A stretch of 64,000 nucleotides of DNA, taken from positions 1 to 64,000 of the forward strand of contig QPGO01000143.1 in NCBI GenBank assembly GCA_008632985.1. The letters run 5' to 3'. This document shows, one piece after another, positions 24,801 to 38,365 of this stretch. This DNA comes from Psammoneis japonica (lineage: Eukaryota). The notes under the pieces were generated by a model. It saw nothing but the letters and a program-made list of their open reading frames with translations. It did not search any database and was not told the DNA's origin. The translations under genes were made by a program, and so were the position numbers. The number at the start of each line of letters is the position of its first letter. Positions within the stretch are counted from its first letter, which is position 1.

Positions 24801-27053
24801 TGTGTGTTGACACGCGACGTGGCATGGGAGTCTAAAAGACGATGTGATCACCCAGACCCCGAGACATTGGTCGAAAAGCAAACTCCGCGAGCAACTTGGG
24901 CGGACGACGCAAGACCGTCAACAGTGGTTGAAGAGATGTCACGCCCCTCTCAGTCATCCGCAGACGACCCCGACTTTCATGATTCTCATTCACAAATTGA
25001 GGAGGGAGAAGAGAGTGCAACAGACGGCGAGGAATCAACGGATGGCGAAGAAAGTGACTCCGAGATGGGTGCGCCACCTGACGGACCAGGACAGACGGAC
25101 AAAGAATCAGCTGTGAACAGTCGATTGGAACGCGAGTTGAGCAAGCTGAGGACTTCTTATGACCCAGCTGGTCTCCCAAGCAACGACGAGGACGAGGTAG
25201 AAGCGGTGAATGTGGTCGCAGGACATGTTGATCCGAAGAATGATCACGAAGCGATGACAGGCGACGAAGCTGACGAGTGGTGGAAGGGTCTGGTCACAGA
25301 ATGCGATGGATTTTTCGACTTGAGAACTTGGATGCTGGTCAAGGAAGCCGAATTGAAAGGTAAAAAGACATCCAAGCCGCTGTCAACGAAGAACGTCTAC
25401 AAAAAGAAATTACACGCGACAACAAAAGAGGTGCGGCATCGCGTGCGCAACTGCACTCGGGGGTTCGACATGACACCCGGAGTTCATTTCGATGAATCTT
25501 TTGCACCTGCTCCGACGGATCATACTGTGAGACTCACATTGGCGACATCATCATGGATGCTGGAACAGTTGGAAGTCGATGATGTCGACGAAGCCGAGAA
25601 GGAGTGGATTGTCGGGCATTTGTTCGATGTTGTGCAGGCATTTCTGAACTCAGAGATGACTGGACCACCTGCACATGTGCATCTTCCCCCTATGTGGAAG
25701 GAGTGTTGCGAATATAAAGGTTGGGAATACAACGAGAACGATCTTATTTTGCTCGGAAAGGCGCAACATGGGCAAGTCGATGCCGCGAAGCGCTGGATTG
25801 ATGTGTTTGTCGGAATCATGACTGAAAAGGGTGGCGTCGAGCTTAAACGAAGCAAGACTGACCCTTGTGTGTTGTACCGTCATGATGACAAGGGGCAATT
25901 GGAGATTATCATTTTGATTTATGTGGACGATGGTTTCATATGTGGGAGGCCGGAAGTCGTTAAGGAAGCCAAGGACTATTTGGCGAAGAGAGTTAAGATA
26001 CTGGACATTGGACGAATCGACACTCATTTAGGAATTGATTATGAGTTGAAGAAAGACGAACACGGTTGGTACTTCGAGTGCAGTATGCGCAAGTACGTGG
26101 AAAAGATGGTTGCGGAGTACGAACAACGCTTCAACAAGACACTTAAGGATTACGAGACACCTGGGGAGCCAGGGAAGATATTGATGAAGGCGGACGAAGA
26201 CCATGAGCCGGTCGAGCAAAACGGATATCGAGCCTTCGTCGGAAAGATCCTATATGCGATGTTGAAGGTCTTACCTGATTGCGCGAATGCGATTAGAGCG
26301 CTGACAATGCATTTGACGAATCCAACTAAGGATCACTGGCACGCGCTGGACAGACTTATGGGACATCTGAAATTTCACTATCAGCCGTTGAAGTTGAGGT
26401 CACCTTTGGAATTAAGGAGCATAGGGATATTCGACGCTGAGTGGGGGACGGACAAGAATGACAGAAAGAGCATTTCGAGTGACATTTCCACACTGGGCGG
26501 TACGTCGTTAACTAATTGGCAATCGAAGAAGCAGACCTCTGTGGCGCTGAGCAGTTGTGAAAGTGAGACCATAGCGGGCACGGCGTGCGCGCAGAGCATA
26601 CAATTCCAGAATCATTTATTGGAAGAGCTGGTAGGTACGGACATGTTGAAGATGCCGAGTTATGCGTACGGAGACAACGCCGCATCACTGTTTCTGGCTG
26701 TTAACAACCAAGTGGGACAGCGGACGAAACACATTCACATTCGTGATAGACATTTGGGCGAGTTGGTTCAACGTGGAGAAATTGAACCACGCCATGTCAG
26801 TGCGGAGAAGAACCCGGCAGATGTCAACACCAAGAACGCGAAGATCGAAACGCACAAGAGACTAGCTCAGAACCTGCATGACGGATTCGTGATGGTTGAA
26901 CCGGAACCAATCAAGGAGGGTGTCGCGGAACATGACTCAGGCGGGACTCAGATGATTGGGCCCCGTTCACGAATGAAGAGTCGCGTGGTTTCTGGTCACA
27001 AGAATCACGGCGAACCGGGATGTTTGCGATCCAGGGACGATGGTCCCCCGTGA
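21810..27053 (+). CDS. Copia Gag-Pol polyprotein (zinc knuckles, protease, integrase, RT, RNase H)
   Basis: Two CCHC knuckles (CGKCGKKGHKSKFC, CFYCGKHGHRASDC); LLDSGSTAH; H..LNH...CEFC, LYLDTSGP, LRIDNAPE; IYVDDG; WQSKKQTSVALSSCESE, RTKHI. Order PR-INT-RT-RH. Confidence 0.95.
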   Translation: MSKEEQTYETSLSWSGKREDFENFLVKFEAFESDHGCDEATDVDLGDKLLTKAEYVNGKKKVTQANGAETEEDLTKEDKRLYKLNAKSFSKIIRALPENLIKACKNQGGPKKSVYLIKEYLKKHYSEQNVVDDYQNLYKKRLELEPGEFEIALFYFNELEDINSKLGKIDEKYRLDELQLKTDIYSKVPDQGNWSSFKSEYRKDGAMENIAYSAFKQHYEREWKAHGPPGGSTTSIDRSSGEDKTLTMKVQGSKFFPGNCGKCGKKGHKSKFCPDKKNAKTKKFDGDCFYCGKHGHRASDCFKKKKDEKEKDEETNEVTLGVFDSVDLVEEGKDPIPDSFFDTFDTKPAVRDDEFERELKRWDTRSGLGYGYDSSGERALSWYEWSEMADDEDEEDDDGMSMPELEGPFVSDKVEDESIPPLEPRYDSDSDSDDDESLELIGSQRKCSNCDGPGHVYRGYRTTKKVQDEDKGDEEDSIPPLVSRGGYDSDSSDDESVEFEVVCSYCGQPGHEFCTPFQEFWNNPDEESDDDSIPTLESGMDSDSDSESEFDYDSDDDYDETLMSGAQYEPERGGVRLLLDSGSTAHTKRSAEGMRNLREVNKVMKDAHDGSSVAKLQGDFPFTRQNGDGTVVITEMYVQPNFSHNIVSLTKLFEKNCKLSPTTDPKRAIVLECPDGTELIFEKSAKDGLFYMEVDSLTDVSEMTADVSDGQKSGQKESDKKVHVNRAHILLNHMGERAMKMAAADLGWKLTGVPKTCEFCVKAKATAKPTVKASDKKATKPGQRLYLDTSGPCKATRGKNRHHVMMVDQLTDRLWSMFQAKKNGFTDDVKALLTKLKGQGHPVEFLRIDNAPEWGALKPICDEHGITIEHTSPDAPQFNAAVKRAFPTVRNVAHAVLKASDFDDAEQSRQWANALQDCTIVRNLVPRGDWSNACEPFGEKPPVKAEDLVEFGAKGWMAKRNKIMAKFQDRAEEVRRAGYAENHSSDAYIVQKLSNRRCVLTRDVAWESKRRCDHPDPETLVEKQTPRATWADDARPSTVVEEMSRPSQSSADDPDFHDSHSQIEEGEESATDGEESTDGEESDSEMGAPPDGPGQTDKESAVNSRLERELSKLRTSYDPAGLPSNDEDEVEAVNVVAGHVDPKNDHEAMTGDEADEWWKGLVTECDGFFDLRTWMLVKEAELKGKKTSKPLSTKNVYKKKLHATTKEVRHRVRNCTRGFDMTPGVHFDESFAPAPTDHTVRLTLATSSWMLEQLEVDDVDEAEKEWIVGHLFDVVQAFLNSEMTGPPAHVHLPPMWKECCEYKGWEYNENDLILLGKAQHGQVDAAKRWIDVFVGIMTEKGGVELKRSKTDPCVLYRHDDKGQLEIIILIYVDDGFICGRPEVVKEAKDYLAKRVKILDIGRIDTHLGIDYELKKDEHGWYFECSMRKYVEKMVAEYEQRFNKTLKDYETPGEPGKILMKADEDHEPVEQNGYRAFVGKILYAMLKVLPDCANAIRALTMHLTNPTKDHWHALDRLMGHLKFHYQPLKLRSPLELRSIGIFDAEWGTDKNDRKSISSDISTLGGTSLTNWQSKKQTSVALSSCESETIAGTACAQSIQFQNHLLEELVGTDMLKMPSYAYGDNAASLFLAVNNQVGQRTKHIHIRDRHLGELVQRGEIEPRHVSAEKNPADVNTKNAKIETHKRLAQNLHDGFVMVEPEPIKEGVAEHDSGGTQMIGPRSRMKSRVVSGHKNHGEPGCLRSRDDGPP

Positions 27054-27224
27054 TGTTTGACGTGACGTTTGGACGTGTTGCTTTGAGTTTGACAGGACTG
27101 CAATTCAGAAGAAGTGGAAAAGCAGATTGTGATTTAGCGAGAGTGAGAAAAGTGAAGACTGTCAATTTTAGTTTTGTGTGCCACTGACAAGGTGTCAGCA
27201 GTGTCGGCATCTGGTTGTCCAACA
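26921..27224 (+). repeat. Copia 3' LTR (TpA-mutated)
   Basis: 14 differences from the 5' LTR by manual alignment, 12 of them TA>TG/CA. Confidence 0.97.
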
Positions 27225-27787
27225 GAGCCTGTTGAAATGACAGCCACTGACAATGAAGTGAAGGTGTTGCAAGTGTTGGCAGCAGGAACGTGCAAACTGT
27301 GGCTCAAGAGCTCCTTTCTACGAGACGAGGGTGCAGCAACACAAACAGATCCAGAAGCTGAAAGGCGGGTGGTGAAGAAAAAGACAGGCAACTCCAAAAG
27401 AAAGCAAAATGCCTTGCAGTTGGTTGCAGCATGCAACTGTGCCAAAGAGAGAGCTCATGGAGCCAGGGTGCAGGTCCCACCACCCGCTGCTCTTCAAGAT
27501 CCTCAAGAGACCCCTGCCTCTCCTCGGAAACAAGGTGCTCTGGCTGCTGCACAAAAAGCAGATGTTCGTTGGCTGTCATCGTCACGGGCAAATTTGGAAA
27601 GGCAGTCCACATCATGTTTCTGCGCAGACCTGCCGGCAATTTCTCGCGAACACCGGTGCCAAATTTCATGCACATGAATTTGCTGGTGTCTGAGCATTTT
27701 CTTCATTGTTGCGAACGCTGGGGAGTGATGCGTTGCCCAACTCCAAATTGCGCCATGATTGACACGGCCAAAAAGTGAATCTCCACC

Positions 27788-29836
<2,049 letters not shown>

Positions 29837-30223
29837 AGGATTCGTCGAGCACTAAATAGTCTATCGACTTGGCATCGGCCAGATGATCCCTATCGTCTAT
29901 CTACTCAAGATACTGGGGGATGAGTTCTGAGTCGTGTTAAAAGTCCGTTGCTAACTCTCTACTCTAGCGAGAGTGATCTTTATAAATGGAATTGAATTTG
30001 TGGGCGCGGCACTGTCTCCTCCGGTCGACGATCCATCCATGGCTCCGTCTGCAGCCAGTGAGGTACATACCTGATTTTAGTACTCACTAGAGAGGGAACC
30101 TAACGCATGTACGGATAACACTTTTAAGGAGGACTAACTAATTCTTCTACAACTGTAAAGCTATGTATACTAAATTATCCAACGAAATCAACAGGCTGGA
30201 AGTAAGGCCGGATCGAACCCTCT

Positions 30224-31365
30224 CTAGGGTTGGGCATCAGAAAACCACTTATTTCGATCGGGAGCCAAGTTGCGACGATACCAGTCGCCAATGGCACGAC
30301 CAACTGCATAGGGCTGGTCCTCCTGGATAAAGTGAAGCGCCACTCCAACAAAGGCCGCCTCGTGATTCTTGATGCGTTCGGCACGCCACTTGATATCGTA
30401 CTCCTCGCTGACTTCACCGGGCATGCCATAAATATCGAGAATAGGAATGTCCGTTTCCAGGAGGAACTTGTTGAACATCTGCATGGCATTGTCCGCAAGG
30501 GGACGATCCATCTCCAGACCCACCTCACGAGCCCATATGAAAAGGGGCTTACGCCATTCTTCCTTTCGAAACGGATCACGGTAGGCGTCCAACTCGCGCT
30601 GCGTGTACTTGCGATGAGTGTGCAGCATCAAGACCTGTTCTACAAACATGTTCTGCTTGACGGCAAGGTCCCAAGCTTCCTCCTCGCGGTATAGCTGGTA
30701 GTGGCGGATCACGCCTGCCTTACCCTTGCGCTTCAGCGCCTCGGGGATGCTAGTGATGGGATAGAAGGGCGCGCAGAGGGCCTCCATCATGGCGATGCCA
30801 CGGACCTTGTCGGGAAAGCGTGCCGCATAGTAAAGTCCCAAAACAGAACCCCAGTCGTGAATAACAAAGGTAATGTTGGTGAGGTTGAGTGCCTCGATGA
30901 ATCCTGTTTTGTTATAGAATGGAGGCAGAAAAGAATGATGTTCAGGTATAAGATCATTCAAAGTAGAAATGCATAATGGATTCAACGTAGGCAATACTTA
31001 CCATCAAGATACTTGACGTAGTCCGCAAACTCGTAATTGACGTCAGGTTTGTCACTCATTCCGTGCCCGATGTGGTCAGGCGCAATAACGCGACCGTAGG
31101 GTTGAACAAATGGCATAACGTTGCGCCAAATGTAGGCCGATTCGGGTGCACCATGGACAAACACAATGGGATCACCCGCACCTTCGTCAACGTAGGCCAT
31201 TTTGACACCGTGAACCTCGATAAATTTGCGTTTGTAGGGCATGTCCGACGAAGGACGCTTGTACTGCAGGTAGTAGCAGATATCGCCGGGCTCCGGAGGC
31301 TGCGCGCGAGGGGCTCCTGAATAGTCTTGAGAGGGTCCGGCATTGTTATACACCACCAAACTCAA
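30224..31365 (-). CDS. Haloalkane dehalogenase-family alpha/beta hydrolase; intron 30904-31001; start uncertain
   Basis: MAYVDEGAGDPIVFVHGAP, APDHIGHGMSDKP, nucleophile elbow IHDWGS, catalytic His LHFIQED; GT-AG intron joins YLDG/FIEAL in frame. Confidence 0.9.
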
Positions 31366-31923
31366 ACCTTCACCGTTTGTTAATTTATGTCAAGTCGACT
31401 GTTTTATGAGAGAAGCTGGTGACAATATCTGAAAGCTACACAAAGATATGGGTTCGCAAATCCAAAGCACTGGTCCCGATTTCATTGAAGCTGATGGTCG
31501 GTTGGAACTTTGGGTAGTTTCAGCTTATTTAGGAGTCCTCCTTCGACACATAAACATCGTCGCGACTTGTGATTACAACACAGACGACTTCAAGAAAATC
31601 AAGATCGCCATCAACCCATGTCGACTGGTTTGCGAAGGTAGGCGCTGGTATCTTCTGAACAAACCTCCAAAAAGTTGGTCCCAATTTCATTGAAGTAGTG
31701 ATAGATGGGTTCGGCGTATTCTTGGCAGCTGCAGTTCATTAGAGCGCGCCATTGACACACTTAACACGATGACATTGACACGTCACGAAATGCCATTGAC
31801 CGAGGACGTGTAACATTTTCCCGCATCGTGGGGTTCTCATCATAGGCATCTTGCTAGCCGCCGTGTTATTCCCAGCAGAGCAAACATTTCGCAAAAGAAG
31901 TACCAAATACAGAAAGCACCAAG

Positions 31924-32877
31924 ATGAGCCAAGAAGCTGAACTCTCGAACATTAGCAGAATGAGCGAAGAAGAAAAAGAAGAAGCATCGTCATCAGGTCA
32001 GGACCTGGAAACAGGCACAGAGAACCGCCAACGTGCCGGTGCAAATGTTCCACCTGCTGTGTTGCAGGCCATATATGGTCTTGGAGAGCACAAGGGCGAA
32101 GAGCCGTGGTGGGTTCTCAGTTTACAAGCGTTCCAGGCTGGCTGCTACAAGAACATTGCCTGTCAGCTATACTTGACAGTAGGGGGCGGTATTTTGGGAG
32201 CCGTACTATTCCCCGTTGGATTGATTGGCATCCTCTTGACGGGAGCCGAGCTCTTTACCAGTGACTCCTTGTTCATGGTTGCGGCATATCTGGGAGGAAA
32301 GATTCACTACGGCAAGGTTGCTCGCAACATGACTCTTTCTTGGATGTTCAACTTTCTTGGTTGTCTTTTCTGGGGCGGCTTTCTGGCGCATTTATCGGGT
32401 CAGCTAGAAGATGCTGGTGCCACGGATTTTGCAGTTGAGACTGCTGAAAAGAAGGCACTTCAACCCTGGGGCCACATTTTCCTCAAAGGCATCGGTGCTA
32501 ACTTTCTAATTGCTCTTGCTGTCTGGCAATGCACTGCATCCGGAGATGTGGCTGGAAAGATATTGGGAATTTGGTTCCCCGTAACGGCTTTTGTCGAGCT
32601 TGGATTTGATCACAGCGTTGCAAACATGTTCTTCATTCCTGTGGGAATGTGGTACGGAGCGAATATCGATGCTGTTCAATTGCTTTTTAAGGCTTTGCTG
32701 CCAGCAACTCTTGGAAACATATACTGGTTTCTCTATGATTCAGTGGCAAGCCGCCAGCAGTTCAGACGTAAGATTTACGGGGCGTTACAATATCATGCTC
32801 CGCCCATATTTCATCAAAAGAATGAGGCTGATGAGTATGGCGACCCGAGCATCTCCTATGGTAGTCATAGCGACTAG
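31924..32877 (+). CDS. Formate/nitrite transporter (FNT, NAR1-like)
   Basis: LFPVGLI, GAELFTS, KGIGANFLIALA, GFDHSVANMFFIP, ATLGNI. Confidence 0.9.
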   Translation: MSQEAELSNISRMSEEEKEEASSSGQDLETGTENRQRAGANVPPAVLQAIYGLGEHKGEEPWWVLSLQAFQAGCYKNIACQLYLTVGGGILGAVLFPVGLIGILLTGAELFTSDSLFMVAAYLGGKIHYGKVARNMTLSWMFNFLGCLFWGGFLAHLSGQLEDAGATDFAVETAEKKALQPWGHIFLKGIGANFLIALAVWQCTASGDVAGKILGIWFPVTAFVELGFDHSVANMFFIPVGMWYGANIDAVQLLFKALLPATLGNIYWFLYDSVASRQQFRRKIYGALQYHAPPIFHQKNEADEYGDPSISYGSHSD

Positions 32878-33199
32878 GCTTCTGCAGTAGTTGCTGCCAT
32901 ATAAGTCGTTCCTGTAACTTATATTAGCACCGTCTCAGGGACACTTCGATGTGTATGATGTTGAAAACCCACGCAAACGGGTCATCGTCAATGCAACCGC
33001 AACAATAAGACTCATGTTGGAATAACAGCAACTGCAAGCACTGAGCACTGGGGTCTTGTGTCTTGTAATCGAGTGAATCAATCTGTACGAGTGTGACACC
33101 GCATGCAATCTTGCAACGCGTACATACCCCGTACGGTAGCTTGTTCTGTCGGGATACAATACACAGAAATAAGGCTTCGGTTGGAATTGTTGAATTGCG

Positions 33200-34731
33200 A
33201 TGGCAACGTATTGGTATCTTCCTCGCTTGTTGGACAATAACGATGGTGAAAATGAAGACATAGCCCCCTATTGGGTACCACTAGTAGTTCTGGGCGTTTG
33301 TTTGGTTATCATGTGCATCTGGTGTTGTTATTGCTTGCCAAAGTACGCGGCACCCACCATCATTCCTTCTCAACAAGAAGGAGCAGCGGGAGGAATAATG
33401 GCCCAAGGCGAAAGTCTTTCCTCATTACCGCCACCAAGGAGGACGAGTGAGCAGATAATGTTGGAGTCTGCGACAGCCGTTGGAAATATTTGGAGGCCAG
33501 TGACATCGAAGTTCACTCTTTTTTTCGGAGTCAATGTATTGATGCTCACTGGAATGCAGTTGAACTTTGAGGCTACCGCTATTGTACTGTTGATTTTCGT
33601 ATCTTCTTGCTTCTTATATGGAAGATTCACTGACTTGATCTTGATGATTCCTTTGAAAAAAGAAAACATAGCCAAAGCAGAGGGTACCGATCATCACGTC
33701 AGGGCAGATACGCAACCACCAAATCCCTTTCGACTTTCTACGGACCAAATATTTGGTCCGCAGTACGTAACTATAGGGGGTGCTCCGCCTACTCTTCAAA
33801 CTGATAACATCTTCAATGATTTTGGATCAGATCTTTCGACTTCACTGCTCCTTGCGGCGACGCAAATAACGCTTCTTGTCATATATGTTTGGGGTGTGTA
33901 CGACCAGGGTAGGCCTGACTTCAGTGATAAACAGGTGTATGCCTTCTATTGGCTGGGAATCTTCGTCCAGATATCGTATGTTATTGGCAACGATCTCACG
34001 GCAAAGATAGTCGACAACAGGGCATTCTGGATTAATGTTCTTGCAGTATCACAGTCACGAGGACATAGCACCTACACATACACATGTGAGAGAGAGAGGT
34101 CTCTTGGAAGGAGAAGTTTCTTTCATCGTTTAGAGACGGTTCGGCAGTGACGGCACTATTATATCCCAGTGCTGAACCGCAGTCGGAGGTTGAACTCAAA
34201 CAGATCAGGTCGCAGCTGCGCCTTCGATATCTTCTGGATCGGCTAGTCAACGAAGTTGGGCTCTTTATTCTAATGCTCAGCTTGCCTGTTCAGCTGTCGG
34301 CAAGTGATGGACCTGTTGATTTTGTCCTCAACGCGGTTGCTGCTTTCTTCGTGATTGAGCTGGACGATAGAGATTCTGTGGAATACAATCTTAAGGTTCC
34401 CCAGAAAGATGAACGCAAAGAAGAAAGAAGCATTGTTCTTCCTGCAATCAAGGACAGGAGCAGAGACCCACCAGGTGAATGTGCTTCGGCTTTTTACGTT
34501 GTCAAGATTGACAAGGACGACGTTCCCGTTGAGCACAAATGTCAAGATGATAATTCTGCACCTCCCGTGATCGACAAACCATCCGAAGCAAATGAAGAAG
34601 AGTTTGCAGAAGCAGAGAAGTCAGAAGAAGAGAAACGTGAAGAGGAGAATGAAGAAGAGGAGAACGCAGAACAGTGGCAATCTTGCAGCAGTGACATGTC
34701 TTTCATGCGGGGCGCCCCTTCATGCAATTGA
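33200..34731 (+). CDS. Multi-pass membrane protein of unknown function, in two frames (intron or frameshift near 34100-34150)
   Basis: Consecutive ORFs 33200-34150 and 34147-34731 with TM segments, DFVLNAVAAFFVIELDD and an acidic tail. Confidence 0.6.
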
Positions 34732-36320
34732 TTGTCCCAGACTTTGCTTCTTGTGAGGAAGAGCTACACAGGTTGCAACAACCTTGTAAAATGCATTTTT
34801 AACATCACGTTTTCGTGTAGCCTATTTATCGTTGCAGTCGCTGCCACTGCAGAGGACGAAGCAATTTTGTGACTGGCGGGGACAAGGGCACGTCGAATGA
34901 TGAAATCACTCAGCGTTGCGGTCGTTGAAGCAGAAATAAAAGCTGACCAGATGCCGAGGAGTGCAAAAGACAAATTTTCTGCATGACCAAACAACAGAAA
35001 CACCTGGGTCTCTTAGAACTGGGATTTTCACCCCCCCCCCNCCCCCCCCCCCAAAGAAATGATGTCTGATCTGAGTGCTCATTGCAGCCTCCTGAGTTTC
35101 TCACATTTTGCTCATTGGCATCATCTTTGTCATCCAAGGCATCAGGTGAAAGCAATTTTGAGGTCCATGTTGATGGTGCCTGATGGGTCTTGTTGGCTGC
35201 TGGATGTGTGTCATGGACTGGCTTGCTTTTTGGCAGCAGAGTGTGTGGAACATTTTGTTTGGTGGAAGAACAACACATGATTGTCAATGCCATCTTTCCA
35301 GACATGCACAACATCTCAAATTCCGAGCGACTGCTTGCAAAAAGTTGCCAAAGCCACACAGTTGACTGGCAGCATGTGCGGCGCTGTTGTTGGCAATGAA
35401 AGACATGCTTGCAGCAATGTAAAAAAGAAGGATGAAGACATGTGGGCAGAGGCTGGTGTCAGTGGAAGGCAGGTTTCTGCACTCCAGAGTGAGTGCCCAC
35501 CAGCTGTGCGTGGCCAGAGACTTGGCTGGAGACAGAGCCAGTGGTGCCAACCTTGCTTTTTTGGGGGGTGCCAGGGCTCTTGAGCAGTGTCACAAGGTGC
35601 TGCTGTTGAGCTCACAGCAAACTTTCCAAGAGCAGTCCTTCAAAAAAGAAAGACCCTTGCTTGCCATCATCAACACGAACGAGCCTGTCGATGAAGTGGC
35701 AGCATGGTCACCCAAAAAGGAGCTCCAACATGTGGCCCAATGATGTTGCCAGAAGAGCTGGCATGCATGGCTGATGCAAAGTTGGTTGCCATGAACAAAG
35801 GCAAAAGATCCTTGTTTGTGTCCACCATTCCACAAGAAGACTCTTTGCACAAAGAGCGCTCCTGGCTCCACCGCCAAGAGCCACAGAGTGAAAGTGGAGA
35901 GAGGAGCAGAAGTGCGCCACACACAAATCAAAGCTCAAATGTGCCTTGGAGCCTGCTGTGAGGTGGAAGCCACTGATGATGAAACAAAGGTGTCACAAAT
36001 GTTGGAAGTGGGTGCATGCACGCTGCGGCTCAAGAGAGCTGCTCTGCGAAAAGAGGGCACAGCACAACAAAGAGAGAGACCCAGAAGTTGAAAGAGGCGG
36101 CCCCGGGTGGGTGCAGAAAAAGACGAGCAATTCCAAGAAAGTGAAATGCTTTGCAGTTGGTTGCAGCACACACCTGTGCCAAAGAGACCTCATGGAGCCA
36201 GGGCGCAGGCGCCCCACCTCAAGATCCTTTGGACGACCTCCTCAGAAACAAGAAGGTGCTGTTGTTGCTCTGGCTGCACTGGCTCAGAAGCCAACAAGAA
36301 GGTGCTCTGGCTGCTGGAAA
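34704..36320 (+). repeat. Uninterrupted partner of the duplicated segment at 20420-21446 plus 27231-27560, TpA-depleted
   Basis: Patchy colinear similarity; includes a fragment of the SNF2 gene 3' end at ~34941-35160. Confidence 0.8.
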
Positions 36321-36804
36321 AAAGATTTGTTGGCTCATTTTTGGCAAATTTGGCAAGAAGTTTGGTTCAATGAACTCCATTTGTTGTCATTGTGTAGTTT
36401 GTTGCGTGCGGCGAGTGCTGTGTGTTGGTTGACATCCGCCGTGCACAAACTGCGGCAGAGGGGCGTACAGTACGTTGTGACGGGCTTTTCGCTTTCGCGC
36501 GCTCGCTCGCTATGCACATTGAAGTGTGGCGTAAGCGAAGGAAAACCGTTGACAATGTTGATTTTAAAGAATCTTCGAGGATAAAGAGTCGTGCAAATGA
36601 TCGTGTAGAGGCCGGCTTCCAGGTTCAACTTCGGCCTCATTCTTTTGTGCAATATCTCAAATCGGCGAGTGAAGAGTGAAGTTGTTTCGTTCCTTGCAGT
36701 TTTCATGCCATTCACCAACATTCACAGAGCATATTTTGCCAGAGAGTTCATCTGCCAGATACGCAGCATTTTGGTTTTAAAACAAACAAACGACTACTGC
36801 AACA

Positions 36805-37725
36805 ATGGTTAAGGTTACCGACCTACAAGGAATGATCAACAACGCCAACCATGTGTTGACACAGGCGCTTGACCCAACAACTGCCGGCGTCCCGTGAGTT
36901 TTATGCGTATCTTTTGTTCGTTTTTTTTTCTGAAACTTGCGGCAGCTGATTCTCATATATCCAAAATAATAATTGCTGAAATTTCTCTCCTTCTGCTCGT
37001 GACTTGCAAATGTTCGCGCATAGCCGAGGTCTCTTTAAAGCATGCAAAGGCATTGTCCTTATTCAGAACGTCAAGGCGGGTTTCCTCGTCACAGGTAACG
37101 TCGGCACGGGTGTCCTCATGAAACGCAACGATGACGGAACGTGGTCGAATCCCTCCGCTATGGGCATGGGTGGGATGGGAGGAGGATTCGTCGCGGGTGC
37201 TCAAGTGGCTGATATTCTCATTCTCCTCATGGACGATTCCACCTTGGATACGTTTTCGGGAACGGCAGAGATCAAGTTTGGAGGCGCCGTGTCGGCCACG
37301 GCGGGTCCCGTCGGTCGGGAACTGGATCTGGCGGTACACGGCGGTGACGGTGGAGTCGGCGGAGCCCTCAGTTACACCTTTTCCAAGGGCTTGTTTGGAG
37401 GCGCGGCTCTGGAGGGTGCCGTCATGGCGGTAGACCGGCGGAGAATGGCGATTATTATGGACTCCGCAAGAGCGAGGCAACTCCCAAGAACATAATCACA
37501 GGAGCGGTCGAGGTCAAGCCCAGGGACCCGGCTTCTATAAAGTCGCTGCACCAGAAACTGGAGCAGCTATCCAATAATGCTGTCGCCAATTCAAAAGTTG
37601 GATCCGTGACGGAAAAGACCACAGAAAAGGTAACAAAGGATGATGGGACCGTGGAGGTTACCGTTACTACGATTCTTCCCGATGGGTCCAAGACGATAGA
37701 GAAGTCGATTGAAAGGAAAGGGTAG
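36805..37725 (+). CDS. Ysc84/SYLF lipid/actin-binding domain protein; intron 36894-37023; apparent 1-nt frameshift near 37429
   Basis: KGIVLIQNVKAGFLVTGNVGTGV, WSNPSA, AGPVGR, YTFSKGLFGGAALEG; the paralog shows the frame continuing to ...IERKG*. Confidence 0.85.
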
Positions 37726-38365
37726 TAAAGAGCAACGTGAAATGGTAATCTGTGTTCAGAACCCAATCAAGTGGCAGTCGAAGTCGAAAGGATAGTTTTC
37801 GTGCACGAGGATTACAGAGCAATTCATTATTTGCGAGTAAGATAGGTTGATGTCGTTTTTTGTTTGGGCTACTGCTACTTTTTCCCGGCGGTTTCCTATT
37901 CTACCTATTACATATCATAGCAGTGCTGGTTATTTCGAGAAAGTGGCTTTGCGGTAGATGCATGTTTACCGTAGGATACCGACAAAGAAATAGTGGAAGT
38001 AGAGAAAGTTGACCAGATGCCAAGACGTACAGCAGATAGATTTTCTGAAATCCGTTCGGTAATGATAAATCAAGAAGAACAATTGAGTCCCTATGAAGTT
38101 TGTTCCCCTGTTTGATTTTCAATCACAAAAAGAAACCATGTCTGATGCAAATGCTCATTGTAGTCGCCTGATCGCACATAAGATGCGGATCCAGCTCAGA
38201 AGACTCTGTGGCTGCTGCCTTGGCATTTTCGTCTCCAGCTGCGGTGTTTCACAGTAACACCCCCTTATTGAAAATGTGGTTGTTGAAGCTTCTATCCTTA
38301 CCCCAGTCCCCCGTCGTAGTGTTTGAGGCTCTACAACTACACTGCTGCAAATATAATCAACCACA

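Larger units (their letters stand above)
21447..27224 (+). mobile_element. Full-length Ty1/Copia LTR retrotransposon with 6-bp TSD GAGCCT
   Basis: 304-bp LTRs (TG...CA); GAGCCT at 21441-21446 and 27225-27230; PPT aaggaggg at 26913-26920; single gag-pol ORF. Confidence 0.97.
20420..27560 (+). repeat. Duplicated segment (partner ~34704-36320) split by the Copia insertion
   Basis: tcatgcggggc.ccccttcatgcaattgattgtcccagact at ~20421 and ~34704. The partner reads through the empty site 'aatgtgccttggagcctg..g' at ~35940-35960. Confidence 0.85.
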
